The notes: a model not told the origin generated them from the letters alone. Shown: positions 24,150 through 34,006, counted from the stretch's first letter. The stretch is 44,690 bases of DNA from an uncultured Candidatus Saccharibacteria bacterium (GCA_903839515.1 CAIMCP010000072.1:1-44690); one strand, 5' to 3'. Made by a program: numbers and translations.

Positions 24150-24535
24150 TCTCTCTCGACACCAATATATTTATATACTGGCTTGAGAAAAATACTGACT
24201 TTTATGAGATTAGTGCCCAAATTATCAAGAAAATATATTCTGGAGAGATAAGCGCAACCTGTTCGTCTCTAGTATTGGCTGAAATATATAACAATAACCA
24301 ACTTATCGTTGAGGCAATTAAAAATTTACCTAATCTTAAGATAGTTAATGTATCTGATGAAGTGGCTGAATTAGCGGGCAAACTTAGATTTGGCTATGGA
24401 TTAAAAGTCATAGATTCAGTCCATATCGCCTCAGCAATAATCTCTGGTTCAGATTCATTCATTACAAATGATGTTTATCTGTCTAAAAAGAATATTTCCA
24501 AAATATCAATAATTCTGCCAACCAAATTCTTATAA
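24146..24535 (+). CDS. PIN-domain toxin (VapC-like), apparently intact
   Basis: ATGA overlap with the antitoxin gene. MISLDTNIFIYWL..LAEIY..DSVHIASAI..FITND carries the PIN acidic residues. Confidence 0.8.
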   Translation: MISLDTNIFIYWLEKNTDFYEISAQIIKKIYSGEISATCSSLVLAEIYNNNQLIVEAIKNLPNLKIVNVSDEVAELAGKLRFGYGLKVIDSVHIASAIISGSDSFITNDVYLSKKNISKISIILPTKFL

Positions 24536-24595
24536 CCTAAACAATAAAAAAGACTAAATCTTTATTTTTAGCCCTTCGGCTGGTAATATTAGGCT

Positions 24596-25435
24596 ATGGA
24601 TGAGAAAGGGTTGGGAGCACGTCTTCAGAAAGCACGTCAAAATGCAGGGCTTACGCAGCAAGAACTGTGTCACAAGTCTGGTCTCAGTTACTCTACGCTT
24701 GCTAAGATAGAGCGAGGTGCTATAAAGTCACCTTCTATTTTTACAATACAAAAAATTGCCGATACAATTGGAATTGATTTAGACGCGCTTGTTAGTGGAG
24801 ATACTAGCCGAATAAGGCATATGAAAAAATCTAAGTCCGGACTTAGTTTTATATATTTCGATGTTAATGGCTGTCTTGTGCATTTTTTCAATCGAGCATT
24901 CACGGAACTGGCTCATATGAGTGGTAAACCCTCCGACTTAATTGAATCATTGTTCTGGCACTATAACGACCAGATTTGCAGGGGTGAGATGCCACTTGAG
25001 GACTTTAATAAGAAGCTATCGGAGCTGCTTGAGATAAAGGATATAGACTGGAAGGAATATTACTTTAACGCTATTGAACCAATATCTGATAGCTATGATT
25101 TGATCACATGGGCTTCAACCCATTACAAGGTTGGGCTTCTAACAAACTCTATGCCCGGTTTTCTGGATGAGTTAATTGCAAGAAATATTATCCCCGACCT
25201 AAAATACGATGCCATTATTGATTCCTCTAAGATTGGTCACATTAAACCCGAAATTGAAATATATCATGCTGCAGAAAAAGCTGCCAAGTGCGACGCCAAA
25301 GAAATCTTATCTATAGATGACTCAAGGGCAAACCTAATGGCGGCTGAAAAGCTAGGCTGGCATGTTTCGTGGTTCGACGACTATTCGAGTGGGGATTCGG
25401 CTTCTAGAATAAGAAATCTTCTAGAGCCCGCTTAA
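24596..25435 (+). CDS. XRE-family HTH domain fused to a HAD-superfamily hydrolase-like domain
   Basis: The N-terminus LGARLQKARQNAGLTQQELCHKSGLSYSTLAKIERG is a Cro/C1 HTH. HAD motifs follow: IYFDVNGCL (motif I with Asn at Asp+2), LLTNS, KPEIEIY and IDDSRAN. Confidence 0.75.
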   Translation: MDEKGLGARLQKARQNAGLTQQELCHKSGLSYSTLAKIERGAIKSPSIFTIQKIADTIGIDLDALVSGDTSRIRHMKKSKSGLSFIYFDVNGCLVHFFNRAFTELAHMSGKPSDLIESLFWHYNDQICRGEMPLEDFNKKLSELLEIKDIDWKEYYFNAIEPISDSYDLITWASTHYKVGLLTNSMPGFLDELIARNIIPDLKYDAIIDSSKIGHIKPEIEIYHAAEKAAKCDAKEILSIDDSRANLMAAEKLGWHVSWFDDYSSGDSASRIRNLLEPA

Positions 25436-25436
25436 T

Positions 25437-27989
25437 CTAGAATTTAGTAGCTTCTTCTTTGAGTAATGCTATTTCTTCCTCAATCTCTTTGAGGTTTTTC
25501 TTGGTATCTTCAATAATTTTTTTAGGTGCTTTTTCGATATATGACTTATTGGATAGTCTAGCTCTTAAATTTTCCGCCTGTGTTTCACGTTGTTTAACTT
25601 TGTCTTTAATCTCATCTAGATATTGATTAATAACTGATTTGTCTACGTCAATCCAGGCAGCCATTTCGGAAGAAGTTAATTTGATTCCCTCCCCTGTTTC
25701 AACTTCCTTAATATCTGACAGATTTGCAAGTTTCTTAGTCAGATCAATTTCTTCCTGATCCACTTCACTCAATTTGGTCATTGTTAAGTTGGGCTTGTTT
25801 AGCTTCAGGGTGTTAGAAATATTTCTAATCTCGATAACTGTATTTTTTAGCTTATCGAATTTAGCCGCTAATTTTTTATCCGAAGGTATTATGTCTTCTA
25901 ATTTAGCGCTTATAAGCAGTTCTGATTCATTAGCTGGTTTAAGCGACTGCCAAATAGCTTCTGTAACAAAAGGCGCATAAGGGTGTAGTAACTTAAGGCT
26001 ACTTATTAGCGTATAAGCCAAAATGGAGTCATTTGAGCGGCTTTTTGAGGCTTCAATGTACCAATCTGCTAAATCATCCCAAATGAAGTGGTAGAGCCTC
26101 TCATAGCCTTCAGCAAAACCATATTTTTCCATGTCTTTGGCTAAGTTATTTTGAAGGTCACTAAGCTTACCTATTATCCAGTGATCGGCCATTGTTTCAG
26201 GAACTGGCTTTTTACCTTTAGAGCTATTTACCTTTTCCTGTGAAAACCTGGCTATATTCCAAAGTTTATTACAAAAGTTTCTAGCATCTTCAACTTTTCG
26301 GTGGTCGTATCCCCTGTTTACTCCAGGAACACGTCCGGAAATCATGCCCATTCGAAGGGCGTCTGAACCATATTCATTAACTACATCAATCGGATTGATT
26401 ACATTGCCAAGGCTTTTGCTCATCTTGGCGCCATCCTCTGCCATAACATATCCGTGAATATAAACATCTTTAAACGGAATATCACCGGTTTCATAAAGGC
26501 TGAGCATAATCATTCGGCTTACCCATGGAAATAGTATTTCTCCACCAGTATCCATAAGGCTTAGAGGGTAGAATTTTTTAAAAGTTTCAGAATTTGGATA
26601 GTCTGTCGCAACAAATGGCCAGGAGCTACTTGAGAACCAGGTATCAAATACATCAGTATCTCGCCTATATGTTTTATTATTTACCTCAATAAGTTCTTGC
26701 TCTACCCTTTCGTCGAAAATCCAATCATCGGGATTATCTTCATTTACAAATGCTGGAATTGGGATTCCCCAAGAAATTTGACGGCTTATATTCCAATCCC
26801 TAAGTTGTTTCAAGTAGTTTATGAGCTGAACTCTCTTTGAGTCAGGATAAAATTTAATCTCCCTGTCTTCAAGTGCTTCTATTGCTTTCTTAGCAAGAGG
26901 CTTCATGTCTATAAACCATTGTTCTTTTAAGAGCGGCTGAATAGTAGTTTTACACTTATAGCAGTGACCAACACTGTGCTTATAGTCTTCTGTTTTTTCT
27001 AGGAATCCCTGACTACTTAGGTCACTAACGATTTCTTTTCTGGCTTCAATAACATCTATGCCTCTATATTTTTCAGGCATCTCATGAGTTATTTTTCCAT
27101 TGAAATCTATAACAGACATGAACGGTAAAGAGTGTCTCTGGGCTGCTTCGTAGTCATTGGGGTCGTGGGCTGGAGTTATTTTGACTGCCCCTGTTCCAAA
27201 TTTAGTATCGACAAAATCATCTGCTATGACCGGCACTTCCCTGTTGGTTATCGGTAGAGTCACCGTTTTGCCAATATAATCTAGATATCGTTTGTCGGTT
27301 GGATTAACAGCTACTGCCGTATCACCGAGCATTGTTTCGGGTCTTGTTGTTGCGACTACTAAATATTTATCTGTTCCGGTGATTGGATATTTAATATACC
27401 AAAGATGTCCCTGCTCTTCTTTAAACTCAACTTCATAGTCTGCAAAACCAGTACCATGAAACGTACAGTAATTAACTAGTCTTTCACCTCTGTAAATAAG
27501 TCCATCGTCCCACATCTTTTTAAATCTTTTATAGGCCGAATCTACAACTTTTTTATCTAAGCTAAAAACATGGCTTGACCAGTCAAAACTAGCGCCCAGT
27601 TGTTTCAGCTGGTTTTCTACATTATTCTTGTTTGCTGCAACAAAATCCCAGATTTGAGAATAGAGCTCTTCCCTGCTGAAATCGAAGCGACTCTTGCCTT
27701 CTTTCTCGAGCTGTCGTTCGAATACTACCTGAGTTTCGAATCCTGCGTGATCAGTACCGGGAACGAACAAGACATCGCAACCAATTAGTCTATGATATCT
27801 TGCAGATATATCTTGAATACCCATCGTAAATGCATGTCCAATATGGAGGTTTCCATTAGCGTTCGGAGGCGGAAAAACCATTGAGAATGGTTTCCCTGTT
27901 CCACTTGGCCTGAATGCGTTATTATTCTCCCATAAAGAATAGATGTCTTGCTCGTGTTCTTTAGGGTTATAGGTTTTAGGTAGTTCCAT
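25437..27989 (-). CDS. valS: Valyl-tRNA synthetase
   Basis: PPPNANGNLHIGHA (HIGH motif), KMSKSLGN, and a C-terminal coiled coil. Length is 850 aa. Confidence 0.95.
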   Translation of the reverse strand: MELPKTYNPKEHEQDIYSLWENNNAFRPSGTGKPFSMVFPPPNANGNLHIGHAFTMGIQDISARYHRLIGCDVLFVPGTDHAGFETQVVFERQLEKEGKSRFDFSREELYSQIWDFVAANKNNVENQLKQLGASFDWSSHVFSLDKKVVDSAYKRFKKMWDDGLIYRGERLVNYCTFHGTGFADYEVEFKEEQGHLWYIKYPITGTDKYLVVATTRPETMLGDTAVAVNPTDKRYLDYIGKTVTLPITNREVPVIADDFVDTKFGTGAVKITPAHDPNDYEAAQRHSLPFMSVIDFNGKITHEMPEKYRGIDVIEARKEIVSDLSSQGFLEKTEDYKHSVGHCYKCKTTIQPLLKEQWFIDMKPLAKKAIEALEDREIKFYPDSKRVQLINYLKQLRDWNISRQISWGIPIPAFVNEDNPDDWIFDERVEQELIEVNNKTYRRDTDVFDTWFSSSSWPFVATDYPNSETFKKFYPLSLMDTGGEILFPWVSRMIMLSLYETGDIPFKDVYIHGYVMAEDGAKMSKSLGNVINPIDVVNEYGSDALRMGMISGRVPGVNRGYDHRKVEDARNFCNKLWNIARFSQEKVNSSKGKKPVPETMADHWIIGKLSDLQNNLAKDMEKYGFAEGYERLYHFIWDDLADWYIEASKSRSNDSILAYTLISSLKLLHPYAPFVTEAIWQSLKPANESELLISAKLEDIIPSDKKLAAKFDKLKNTVIEIRNISNTLKLNKPNLTMTKLSEVDQEEIDLTKKLANLSDIKEVETGEGIKLTSSEMAAWIDVDKSVINQYLDEIKDKVKQRETQAENLRARLSNKSYIEKAPKKIIEDTKKNLKEIEEEIALLKEEATKF

Positions 27990-28048
27990 TTAGTAAATAA
28001 TAACATCAGATAAGGGATTTGACCACAACGGAGGTTCACGTGAAATAT

Positions 28049-29110
28049 TTACATCGACAGATTAGGATTGATCTGTAGCTTATAGGGGTCAACAGGGGTG
28101 ATATTATTCATAGCCATAAAACAGCCCAATGTGGCTATCATGGCACCATTATCTGTACACAGTTTTATGTCTGGATATTGTAGTTCCGCGTGAAGTCTTT
28201 TGGTAAGCTGAAGCCTTAGCTCAGAATTTGCTGCGACACCACCAGCAATTAAAATTGTCTTAGGATTATATTCATTTTCAGCCATAACAGTTTTATCTAC
28301 GAGTGTTTCAATTGAAGTCCTAAGGAAACTGGCTGCAATATCTGCCTTCTGAGCCTCACTGAGTAGGCCTGAGAGCTCAAAAGAAGGGAAGTCATATGAT
28401 TTACCAACTTCAGCTTGAGCGAGTCTTAAAACGGCTGTTTTTAGGCCAGAGAAACTAAAGTCGTATTTGTTTGATAGTCTGGCTTTGGGAAGTTTGTATT
28501 TATCTGGATCACCATTCGCTGCGGCTATCTCAATATTGGGACCGCCAGGGTAGGGGAGTCCTAGAAGTTTGGCTACCTTATCGAAGGCTTCTCCAACTGC
28601 ATCATCTGTAGTTTGACCAAGAAGTTTGTAGTTAAAGTGACTTTCAAAGAATACAAGTTGTGAATGACCTCCAGAGACAATTAAAGCTAGAAGAGGGAAG
28701 TCTGGTTGTTTGTCTGGTAGCTTGTATCCATCAAGGTTTGACTCGGTTATGAAGTTTGCATAGACATGACCCTCAACATGATTGGCTGCGTATAGGGGTA
28801 GGTTCTTGGTAATCGCTAATGTCTTCGCGGTTTCGACTCCAACTAGCAGGCTGCCACCCAGACCAGCTCCATAAGTTACAGCAATCCCATCGAGTTCTTT
28901 CCAACCAACATCAGCTTGCTTCATCGCCTCGTCGATTACTGGAATTATTGATTCAATGTGAGAACGTGCTGCAATTTCTGGAACAATACCTCCGTATTTG
29001 GCATGCTCATGCATGCTGGTTGCCACAACATTACTAAGCATTTTATAGCCGTCTTCAACTATTGATGCTGCTGTTTCGTCACAACTTGATTCAATTCCGA
29101 GTATTTTCAT
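28049..29110 (-). CDS. tsaD: tRNA N6-threonylcarbamoyladenosine transferase TsaD (Kae1/Gcp family)
   Basis: MKILGIESSCDETAASIV..GGIVPEIAARSH..ANHVEGH..VSGGHS. I trimmed the start to ATG 29110; the track's 19-aa N-terminal extension is hydrophobic and overlaps the divergent gene. Confidence 0.9.
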   Translation of the reverse strand: MKILGIESSCDETAASIVEDGYKMLSNVVATSMHEHAKYGGIVPEIAARSHIESIIPVIDEAMKQADVGWKELDGIAVTYGAGLGGSLLVGVETAKTLAITKNLPLYAANHVEGHVYANFITESNLDGYKLPDKQPDFPLLALIVSGGHSQLVFFESHFNYKLLGQTTDDAVGEAFDKVAKLLGLPYPGGPNIEIAAANGDPDKYKLPKARLSNKYDFSFSGLKTAVLRLAQAEVGKSYDFPSFELSGLLSEAQKADIAASFLRTSIETLVDKTVMAENEYNPKTILIAGGVAANSELRLQLTKRLHAELQYPDIKLCTDNGAMIATLGCFMAMNNITPVDPYKLQINPNLSM

Positions 29111-29135
29111 TACTTTAAATAGTATACTTATAGCT

Positions 29136-30440
29136 ATGAGTTTTAGAAAATTTGTAAAAATGTTCATACCAACAGGGATATTTCATAAAGTTGAGCCATT
29201 TGGCCATTTACTTGAAGCCGTAATATTCAACATTCTTTATGGTTTTCCTGCTCGGAAACTAAAAGTTATTGGCGTAACAGGTACTAATGGAAAAACCACC
29301 ACGACCTTTTTGATTCATAGAATGTTACATGAAGCAGGCTTTAAGGTAGGACTAAATACTACAGTGGCTTACGGCGCAGGACTTGATATTAATTCGCAAA
29401 TGGAACACATGACGAGCCTTCCGGTTCCGAAGTTCATGCGAAGACTTAAAGAGCTGAATAAGGCAGGAATAGAGTATCTAGTTCTTGAAACTACTTCGCA
29501 GGCAATGGCACAAAACAGAGTTTGGGGCGTAAAATATTACCTATCCGTAATGACAAACATTACTCATGAGCATTTAGATTACCATGGTACTTTTGAAAAC
29601 TACCGGAGCGCTAAGGTAAAAATGTTTGAATGGACCAACAAAAATTCGAATGGCCTTAGGGCTGGGGTTATTAATGCGGATGATGATAGTGATAAATATT
29701 TTTCCGACGCTGTTGCACACCCTTTAACATACGGAGTTAAAGAGGGGGACATTAAAGCCAAGAATATAAAACTTTCAGCTGACGGGGTGAGCTACATAGC
29801 TAGCCTTAAGGGTGTAGATTATAAGATAAAATGCAATCTTAGCGGAATGTTCAATGTCTATAACTCACTAGCAGTTGTCGGTGTTGGAGTGTTACTCGGC
29901 CTTAATAGTAACCAAATAGAGCAGGGAATAGCAGCTCTCGAGAGTGTTGAAGGGCGAATGACTAAAATCGACGAGGGACAGAAATTTTCAGTAATAGTAG
30001 ATTATGCCCATACCCCCGACAGTTTTGAAAAATTATTATCTGAACTGCGACCAGTCGTAGAGGGTAGGTTTATAGTGATGTTTGGTTCGGCCGGTAGAAG
30101 AGACGAGGCAAAGCGTTCTATCCAGGGTGAAATAGCCGGTAAATATGCAGACTTTGTAGTGCTAACCGAAGAAGATGATAGAGATATTGATGGCAATACA
30201 ATCCTCAACCAAATTGCTGAAGGGGCAGAGAAGTCAGGCAAACAAAAAGACAAAGACATGTTCTTAATTCTTGATCGAACAAAAGCCATTAAATACTCGT
30301 TTCAATTAGCAAAAGACAAGGATGACCTAGTTTTACTGCTCGGTAAGGGCCATGAGAAAACAATAGAAAGAGCTGACGGTGAACATCCCTGGAATGAAAT
30401 TGAAGTATCACACAAACAACTCAAGAAATTATTAAAGTAA
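29136..30440 (+). CDS. murE: Mur ligase family, MurE-like, with a short N-terminal domain
   Basis: VIGVTGTNGKTTTT P-loop at about aa 45-58, NITHEHLDYHG, and VDYAHTPDSFEKLL (MurE-type signature). At 434 aa it is shorter than typical MurE. An alternative start is ATG 29160. Confidence 0.7.
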   Translation: MSFRKFVKMFIPTGIFHKVEPFGHLLEAVIFNILYGFPARKLKVIGVTGTNGKTTTTFLIHRMLHEAGFKVGLNTTVAYGAGLDINSQMEHMTSLPVPKFMRRLKELNKAGIEYLVLETTSQAMAQNRVWGVKYYLSVMTNITHEHLDYHGTFENYRSAKVKMFEWTNKNSNGLRAGVINADDDSDKYFSDAVAHPLTYGVKEGDIKAKNIKLSADGVSYIASLKGVDYKIKCNLSGMFNVYNSLAVVGVGVLLGLNSNQIEQGIAALESVEGRMTKIDEGQKFSVIVDYAHTPDSFEKLLSELRPVVEGRFIVMFGSAGRRDEAKRSIQGEIAGKYADFVVLTEEDDRDIDGNTILNQIAEGAEKSGKQKDKDMFLILDRTKAIKYSFQLAKDKDDLVLLLGKGHEKTIERADGEHPWNEIEVSHKQLKKLLK

Positions 30441-30479
30441 TAACTTTACACTTAAGACTTACTTTGTCAAGATGGTAGC

Positions 30480-30737
30480 ATGACCTACACTCGCAGTATT
30501 ACCAGTAAGGGGCAAATAACGATTCCTCTTGAATTTAGGAAAAAATTAAATCTTGATAAAACAGGTAGAGCATCGATTTATCTTAACGATAATGACGACA
30601 TTGTAATTACTAGACCAAAAAGTCTTGACGATGTAAGAAAACTTCTAAAATCTGAATCAAGTAATGATGATTTTTCTAAAAATGATAAAAATATAGGAAA
30701 ATATCTGGCTCAAAAATATGAAAATAGTCGACACTAA
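30480..30737 (+). CDS. AbrB/SpoVT/MazE-fold antitoxin
   Basis: ITSKGQITIPLEFRKKLNLDKTGRASIYL. Confidence 0.75.
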   Translation: MTYTRSITSKGQITIPLEFRKKLNLDKTGRASIYLNDNDDIVITRPKSLDDVRKLLKSESSNDDFSKNDKNIGKYLAQKYENSRH

Positions 30738-31100
30738 TATTGTTTTAAGGTGGCTTTTAGGCGACCACAATGAACTCAGCGCAAGGCTGAGAAAATAGTC
30801 AATAAATCAAAGCCGTCAACTTTGATGGTAACGGATGTAATAGTGGCGGAAATTGTTTATGTACTTATAGGTCTTGGTAAAAATAGGACTCAGGTTTTCG
30901 AGGCCATTAATCTTCTAATTAGAACTATCGAATTTAAATTTGAAAACGAATTAATTATTTCAAAAACTAATCAGTATATAAAAATTACTAAACTTGATTT
31001 TGCAGATTGCTACCTATTAGCCAGATCTATTATTGAAAAAAATGAGATTTTAAGTTTCGATAATGCTCTCAATAAAGAATATATTAAATCAGTCTCTTAG
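30718..31100 (+). pseudogene. PIN-domain (VapC-like) toxin disrupted by a frameshift
   Basis: ATG 30718 gives MKIVDTNIVLRWLLGDHNELSARLRK and stops at TAG 30796-98. The rest of the PIN domain (KAEKIVNKSKPSTLMVTDVIVAEIVYVL..DFADCYLLARS..SFDNAL) continues in the frame open from 30774. The shift must therefore lie between 30774 and 30798. Confidence 0.7.
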
Positions 31101-31886
31101 CTCAAGAGTTAGGCATTTAACACCACCACCACTCTTCTGATATTCACTTATAGGAACAGTAAAAACATTCATTCCTTTTTGCCGGTATTTTTCTATTAAA
31201 CCATAGGCTTTATCTGATAAAACTATATTTTTGCCATCGCTCATTGCGTTAAGCCCATAAGCCAGTGTATCTTCGTCGCTAGCCTCTATAACATTTGGGA
31301 CTATTTCATGTATTCTTTTGATGCTCTTTTCGGTGAAGGCACCCGGCCAAATTGCGACAGTTTCCTTATCGACTATGGTTAGGCAGGTGTCAAGATGATA
31401 GAATCTAGCATCTGCAAGCTGTAGGGAGACTAGCTTGATTCCAAAAAAATCTCTTAGCTCATTGTGACAAGCTTGATCACTTCTCCATGGGAAACCGGCA
31501 AATAAGGTGTCGTTCCAAAGGAGTGCATCTCCTTCACCTTCAAAGTCATATTTAGGTTCAAGAAATTCAGTATAACCATTATCTTCAAACCACTTCCTAA
31601 AAAGTTTTGTTTCTGGCTGTCGATCGGGTGCTCGAAAGGTGGGCAGAGCTACTTTGCCGTTAATAACTAACGCACCATTTGCCGTGAAAACCATGTCTGG
31701 TAGTTTTTCGATAGGATCTATAAGTTTTACTTCCCAGCCAAGCTTATTTACATAAATATCGTATAGCTTTTTCCATTGGTCCATGGCTTCGATGCTTTGA
31801 ACCTGATTTTTAGTACTCATCCAAGGGTTAATCTCATACTCTATGTCGAAATAATCTGGAGAACACATGAGTATTTTTTTCGTCAT
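31089..31886 (-). CDS. Guanidino-group-modifying enzyme superfamily (amidinotransferase/DDAH-like)
   Basis: KILMCSPDYFDIEYEINPWM at the N-terminus and SGGGVKCLTLEL (catalytic Cys) at the C-terminus. I set the start at ATG 31886 (MTKKIL). Confidence 0.7.
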   Translation of the reverse strand: MTKKILMCSPDYFDIEYEINPWMSTKNQVQSIEAMDQWKKLYDIYVNKLGWEVKLIDPIEKLPDMVFTANGALVINGKVALPTFRAPDRQPETKLFRKWFEDNGYTEFLEPKYDFEGEGDALLWNDTLFAGFPWRSDQACHNELRDFFGIKLVSLQLADARFYHLDTCLTIVDKETVAIWPGAFTEKSIKRIHEIVPNVIEASDEDTLAYGLNAMSDGKNIVLSDKAYGLIEKYRQKGMNVFTVPISEYQKSGGGVKCLTLELRD

Positions 31887-31932
31887 TGAGATTAATGTTA
31901 TCAAATAAAATACCATTGCTCAAACAATAATG

Positions 31933-31961
31933 TTGACGGGACTTGTGTATTTTATTATCAT
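31933..31961 (+). promoter_or_regulatory. Candidate groESL promoter
   Basis: TTGACG (31933-38), a 17-nt spacer, then TATCAT (31956-61). Confidence 0.45.
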
Positions 31962-31973
31962 TAAAACTCATGG

Positions 31974-32000
31974 CTGGCACTCTCACTATTAAAGTGCTAG
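31974..32000. promoter_or_regulatory. CIRCE-like inverted repeat (HrcA operator)
   Basis: CTGGCACTC-tcactatta-AAGTGCTAG compared with the consensus TTAGCACTC-N9-GAGTGCTAA. It matches 7/9 in each arm with exact N9 spacing. It lies between the promoter and the AAGGAGG SD of groES. Confidence 0.7.
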
Positions 32001-32031
32001 CGCCAATAACTAATAAGGAGGCTAACACTAA

Positions 32032-32301
32032 ATGAAAACGAAAATTCAACCACTTGCAGACTATGTTGTAGCTCAAAATGAAGAGCCTGCAACAAAGACT
32101 CTCTCTGGAATTTATCTACCAGAAAATTCAGCTCAAAAATCTCAAATAGCAGTTGTCTTATCTATCGGTAAGGATGTTAAAAATGTAGTGAAGGGTGATC
32201 GCATAATCCACAAAGGCTATAGCTCAACCGAGCTTAAGATATCTGGAGAAGAGTACTTATTAGTTAAAGAAGAAGACATTATAGCAACCGTAAACCAATA
32301 A
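32032..32301 (+). CDS. groES: Co-chaperonin GroES
   Basis: IQPLADYVVAQ..SGIYLPENS..VVLSIG..GDRIIH, with AAGGAGG upstream. Confidence 0.95.
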   Translation: MKTKIQPLADYVVAQNEEPATKTLSGIYLPENSAQKSQIAVVLSIGKDVKNVVKGDRIIHKGYSSTELKISGEEYLLVKEEDIIATVNQ

Positions 32302-32320
32302 ATTAGGAGTATATTTCAAG

Positions 32321-33964
32321 ATGGCAAAAAAAGTTTTTTATGATGAAGATGCAAGAAGAAGAGTATTAGCCGGAGCTCAGATACTTTATGATGCAGTTAA
32401 GACGACAATGGGCCCAAAAGGACGAAATGTAATTATTAGTAAGAGTTATGGTGGTCCAACGGTAACTCATGATGGTGTGACAGTTGCTAAGGGAGTAGAT
32501 ATTCCAGAAGTTGACGATGAGACCTTGGGTCAAAAAGTCGGAGCAGAATTAATTAAGCAAGCTGCGAACAAAATGAACGATGTAGCTGGTGATGGGACAA
32601 CCACTGTAACAGTTCTAACATACAACATTCTAAACGAAGCAAATAAGTTAATTGCTGCTGGACATAATCCGATGCAACTACGCAAGGGACTAGAAGCAGC
32701 TGCAAGTGATGTTATTAAAAAGCTAGGTACAATGAGTGAATCAATTAGTGGCAAAAAGAGTCGAGTAGCTGAGGTTGCTACAATTTCTGCAGGAGATGAA
32801 GAGATAGGTAAATTAATTGCAGATGTTATAGATAAGGTAGGCAAGGACAGTGTTATTACCGTCGAAGAAGGCCAGGGGCTTAATCTTGAGAGTGAAGTTG
32901 TTGAAGGTTTCACATTTTCACGTGGCTTTATTAGTCCATATATGGTTACAGATACTGCTCGAATGGAAGCAGTTTATGAGAAAGCATCAATACTTATTAC
33001 TGATAAAAAAATCGCTTCAGTATCCGAGTTATTGCCAATACTTGAAAAGCTAGCTCAAGCTGGTAAAAAAGAACTTGTAATTATTGCCGAGGATGTTGAA
33101 GGGGAGGCACTAGGAACATTGGTACTTAATAGACTTAAGGGTGTATTCAATACTGTTGCAATTAAAGCTCCTGATTTTGGCGATCGAAGAAGAGAAGTCT
33201 TGACCGATATAGCAACACTCACAGGAGCGACACTTATTTCTGAAGAGCAGGGACACAGTTTTGAGTCTACAGAATTAGACATGCTTGGAACTGCTAGAAA
33301 AGTAATTGTTACCAAGGACGACACCACGATTATTGAGGGAGCCGGATCTAAAAATACTCAAAATGAAAGATTAAAGCAGATAAATGCTCAGATTACAGCT
33401 GCAACTAGTGAATTTGATAAAGAAAGCCTAAAGAAGAGAAAAGCAGCTCTTGCAGGTAAAGTTGCGGTCATAAAAGTAGGCGGAGCTACTGAGACTGAAA
33501 TTGAAGAGAAGAAATTTAGAGTAGATGATGCAGTTGCGTCCGTAAAAGCAGCATTAGACGAAGGAATTGTTGCTGGCGGTGGCGTAACTCTTATCAATCT
33601 TGCGGGTACAATTAAAACATCTGCTGATGATGCGCATGCAACAGGAGCTCAAATTCTTAAAAACGCACTCGAGCAACCATTTAGGATTCTTCTATCTAAT
33701 TCTGGAATTAATCCTGATGAATGGATTCCACTGGTTAAAAAGGCAAAAGATGGAATGGGAATTAACGTAAATCAGCCAACAAAACTAGTTGATATGAAGG
33801 CTAATGGAGTTATTGATCCGGCCAGAGTTACCAAAGAAGCTTTGCAAAATTCAGTTAGTATTGCTGGAACAGCTATGACTATGGGTGCATTAATTGTTGA
33901 TATTCCTGAGAAGAAGGAAGCAATGCCTTCAATGCAGGGCGGTATGGGAGGAATGGACTACTAA
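32321..33964 (+). CDS. groEL: Chaperonin GroEL
   Basis: AKKVFYDEDARR..TMGPKGRNV..AGDGTTT..VAGGG, with a C-terminal GGMGGMDY tail. Confidence 0.97.
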   Translation: MAKKVFYDEDARRRVLAGAQILYDAVKTTMGPKGRNVIISKSYGGPTVTHDGVTVAKGVDIPEVDDETLGQKVGAELIKQAANKMNDVAGDGTTTVTVLTYNILNEANKLIAAGHNPMQLRKGLEAAASDVIKKLGTMSESISGKKSRVAEVATISAGDEEIGKLIADVIDKVGKDSVITVEEGQGLNLESEVVEGFTFSRGFISPYMVTDTARMEAVYEKASILITDKKIASVSELLPILEKLAQAGKKELVIIAEDVEGEALGTLVLNRLKGVFNTVAIKAPDFGDRRREVLTDIATLTGATLISEEQGHSFESTELDMLGTARKVIVTKDDTTIIEGAGSKNTQNERLKQINAQITAATSEFDKESLKKRKAALAGKVAVIKVGGATETEIEEKKFRVDDAVASVKAALDEGIVAGGGVTLINLAGTIKTSADDAHATGAQILKNALEQPFRILLSNSGINPDEWIPLVKKAKDGMGINVNQPTKLVDMKANGVIDPARVTKEALQNSVSIAGTAMTMGALIVDIPEKKEAMPSMQGGMGGMDY

Positions 33965-34006
33965 AGTCCATTCTAAGAAACAAGATTTAAAAAATATCTA
34001 TCTTGG

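Noticed and set aside
29111-29167. The longer tsaD start (MNIFTNFLKLIAISILFKV extension), which overlaps the divergent murE-like gene.
   Set aside because: TsaD/Kae1 proteins begin at M(K/R)ILGIE(S/T)SCDET. The extension is hydrophobic, unconserved in pattern, and would overlap the neighbouring start.
31834-32076. An 80-aa minus-strand ORF across the groES upstream region.
   Set aside because: It covers the promoter, CIRCE, the SD and the groES start, and overlaps the true start of the amidinotransferase-like gene in another frame. No motif.
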